A stretch of 64,000 nucleotides of DNA from the sequence record DRR723986_6582; one strand, given 5' to 3'. Shown piece by piece: positions 62,095-64,000 of the stretch (within the stretch, counting starts at the first letter, position 1; each line of letters opens with the position of its first letter). Both the position numbers and the translations under genes were made by a program. A model generated the notes under the pieces. That model saw only the letters and a list, made by a program, of their open reading frames with translations. It made no database searches and was not told the origin of the DNA.

Positions 62095-63693
62095 GTGACT
62101 AAGCTCTATGACTACATTATTGTCGGCGCCGGCTCCGCTGGCTGCGCCCTGGCCAATCGCCTCAGTGAGGACGGCCAACGCAATGTCCTGCTCCTAGAGG
62201 CAGGTGGGAAAGACAGCAATCCTGTTATTCATATGCCACTGGGTTTTGCATTCACCATGAAAAACCCCAAATTCAGCTGGTGCTATGCCAGTGAGCCTGA
62301 GCCTCATATGAATGATCGCCGCATTGACCAGCCCCGTGGCAAGGTGCTCGGCGGTTCCAGTTCAATTAACGGCATGGTCTATATACGCGGCCAAAAGGAA
62401 GATTACGACCATTGGGCGGCCCTGGGTAACACCGAGTGGAGCTATGACAAACTGCTGCCTATCTTTAAGCGCAACGAGGCCTATGTGGGCCAATGCAGTG
62501 ACGAATACCACGGGCGCGACGGCCAGCTCCACGTCGATGACGTGCAAGACCACTACGAAATGGCGGATCTCTACGTGAAAGCCGCGCAGGAGGTGGGCAT
62601 CCCCTACAACCCTGATTTCAATGGCGAAACTCAGGAAGGCGCTGGGTTTTATCAAGTGAATATTCGCCGCGGCCGCCGTCAGAGCACCGCACGCACCTAT
62701 CTGCGCAATGCCGCGAAGCGCAGCAATTTGACGATTGAAACCAACGCCCTGGCCAGCCAGATTATTTTCGAAGGTCATCGCACAACCGGTCTTCGCTATT
62801 TGAAAAATGGTAAGGATGTCACCGCTCGCTGCCGGGGAGAAATCATTTTATGCGGTGGCACAATGAACTCACCGCAGCTGTTAGAACTTAGCGGTATCGG
62901 CGATGCCGAGCTGCTGCGCCAGAAAGGCATTAAGTCCGTGCACAATTTGCCCGGTGTCGGTGAAAATATGCAGGATCACCTCACCGTGAACACCCAGCGC
63001 TCCTTCGAGGGGCTGCGAACGTTCTACGAGGACTCACGCCCGCTGCCAATGATCGGCAACTTATTCAAGTTCTGGTTTAAGGGCAAAGGTATGCTGGCGC
63101 ATCCGGCCTCGCAGGTTGGTGTTTTCTTCCGCACCTCGGACGACGTCGATCGCCCCGACGCGCAGATTCACTTCACCCCCGCCGCCGGTGATCAGGACGA
63201 AAACGGCCGCATGCTTACCGTGCCAGGCACCACGGCGACAGTATGCTATCTGCGACCAAAGAGCCGCGGCTGGGTGCACATTCGCAGCACAGATCCAACC
63301 GAGCCACCGGCATTTATTCACAACTACTTAGCGGAAGAGGAAGATCGTCAAAAGATGATCGCAGCGATTCGCAAAACGCGTGAAATTTTTGAGGCTCCCG
63401 TCTTCGACTCCTGGCGCCGTGAAGAGCTTGTGCCCGGCCCTGAAGTACAAAGTGACGAGGAAATTCTTGAGTTTGTGCGCAACACCGGCGAGTCGGTATA
63501 CCACCCTGTTGGCACCTGTAAAATGGGTAACGACGACATGGCGGTCGTCGACCAACACCTCAAAGTACATGGCGTTGAAGGCCTTCGCGTTGCCGATGCA
63601 TCCGTGATGCCAACAATTATTTCCGGAAACACCAACGCAACTTCAGTGCTGATCGGCGAGCGCTGCGCCGACTTCATCCTCTCCGGCCAGTAG
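62095..63693 (+). CDS. GMC-family FAD oxidoreductase (AlkJ/choline dehydrogenase-like)
   Basis: GAGSAG, PRGKVLGGSSSINGMVYIRG, GVGENMQDH, YHPVGTCKMG, GNTNA. Confidence 0.93.
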   Translation: MTKLYDYIIVGAGSAGCALANRLSEDGQRNVLLLEAGGKDSNPVIHMPLGFAFTMKNPKFSWCYASEPEPHMNDRRIDQPRGKVLGGSSSINGMVYIRGQKEDYDHWAALGNTEWSYDKLLPIFKRNEAYVGQCSDEYHGRDGQLHVDDVQDHYEMADLYVKAAQEVGIPYNPDFNGETQEGAGFYQVNIRRGRRQSTARTYLRNAAKRSNLTIETNALASQIIFEGHRTTGLRYLKNGKDVTARCRGEIILCGGTMNSPQLLELSGIGDAELLRQKGIKSVHNLPGVGENMQDHLTVNTQRSFEGLRTFYEDSRPLPMIGNLFKFWFKGKGMLAHPASQVGVFFRTSDDVDRPDAQIHFTPAAGDQDENGRMLTVPGTTATVCYLRPKSRGWVHIRSTDPTEPPAFIHNYLAEEEDRQKMIAAIRKTREIFEAPVFDSWRREELVPGPEVQSDEEILEFVRNTGESVYHPVGTCKMGNDDMAVVDQHLKVHGVEGLRVADASVMPTIISGNTNATSVLIGERCADFILSGQ

Positions 63694-63695
63694 GC

Positions 63696-64000
63696 CTAGC
63701 GCTGGCGGTAGGGTATCTGGCAATAGTCGATACCCTCCGCTGGCTGAATACCGTGCTTCAGCAGGCACATTTTCAGCGAGTTCATCGACAAACTAATATT
63801 GGGCGTTGGGCCCAAGTAAACATGATCGAGAGCCATTGCTTCACCCTCTGATGAGGCCAGTGCAAACTTCATATACGGCACCAGCATGCTCCGGCCTTCT
63901 CGAAAGAAAACCTCTGCATTGGGGTAGTTGGAAATTACTGGCGAAACCAAACGCCACTCCTGCTCTTCCTCAAACGAGGGGTGCTTCAAAATAGCGGCGA
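63696..64000 (-). CDS. DUF2971-like protein, C-terminal part (gene continues beyond the window)
   Basis: KHPSF.EE.EWRL motif, VYLGP, IPYR end. Confidence 0.7.
   Translation of the reverse strand, partial: AAILKHPSFEEEQEWRLVSPVISNYPNAEVFFREGRSMLVPYMKFALASSEGEAMALDHVYLGPTPNISLSMNSLKMCLLKHGIQPAEGIDYCQIPYRQR

Noticed and set aside
1-64000. CRISPR arrays, IS elements, integrases, prophage genes, rRNA
   Set aside because: No regularly spaced repeats, terminal inverted repeats or corresponding protein motifs were seen

Overview
Gene-dense chromosomal window from a gammaproteobacterium; gene content and synteny suggest a Pseudomonadales/Cellvibrionales-like organism, which is an inference only. Most of it is housekeeping: partial tRNA-Ala, gltX, dusA, tal, an RssB/RssC-like partner switch, mlaA, hrpA, fadD, an oligopeptide ABC transporter, mnmC, an M16C peptidase, recA/recX, mutS, fdxA, cvrA, ybbPA-tesA, fumC, bioA, truC and a GMC oxidoreductase. 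No IS, integrase, CRISPR array or rRNA was seen. The main points of interest are: (1) a DUF692 (MNIO) + DUF2063 RiPP-maturase pair with intact metal motifs but no adjacent precursor gene; (2) a 12.3 kb block separating recA from recX, carrying a Tad/Flp pilus cluster without TadZ/CpaE, followed by a PilU-family ATPase and an AUR1/PAP2-like membrane enzyme; (3) a large lipoprotein combining a 5'-nucleotidase-type metallophosphoesterase with a LamG-like domain; (4) an OppC with an FN3-like insertion; (5) an RssB-like phosphatase with a degenerate receiver domain. All family calls come from motif recognition by eye; no database search was run.
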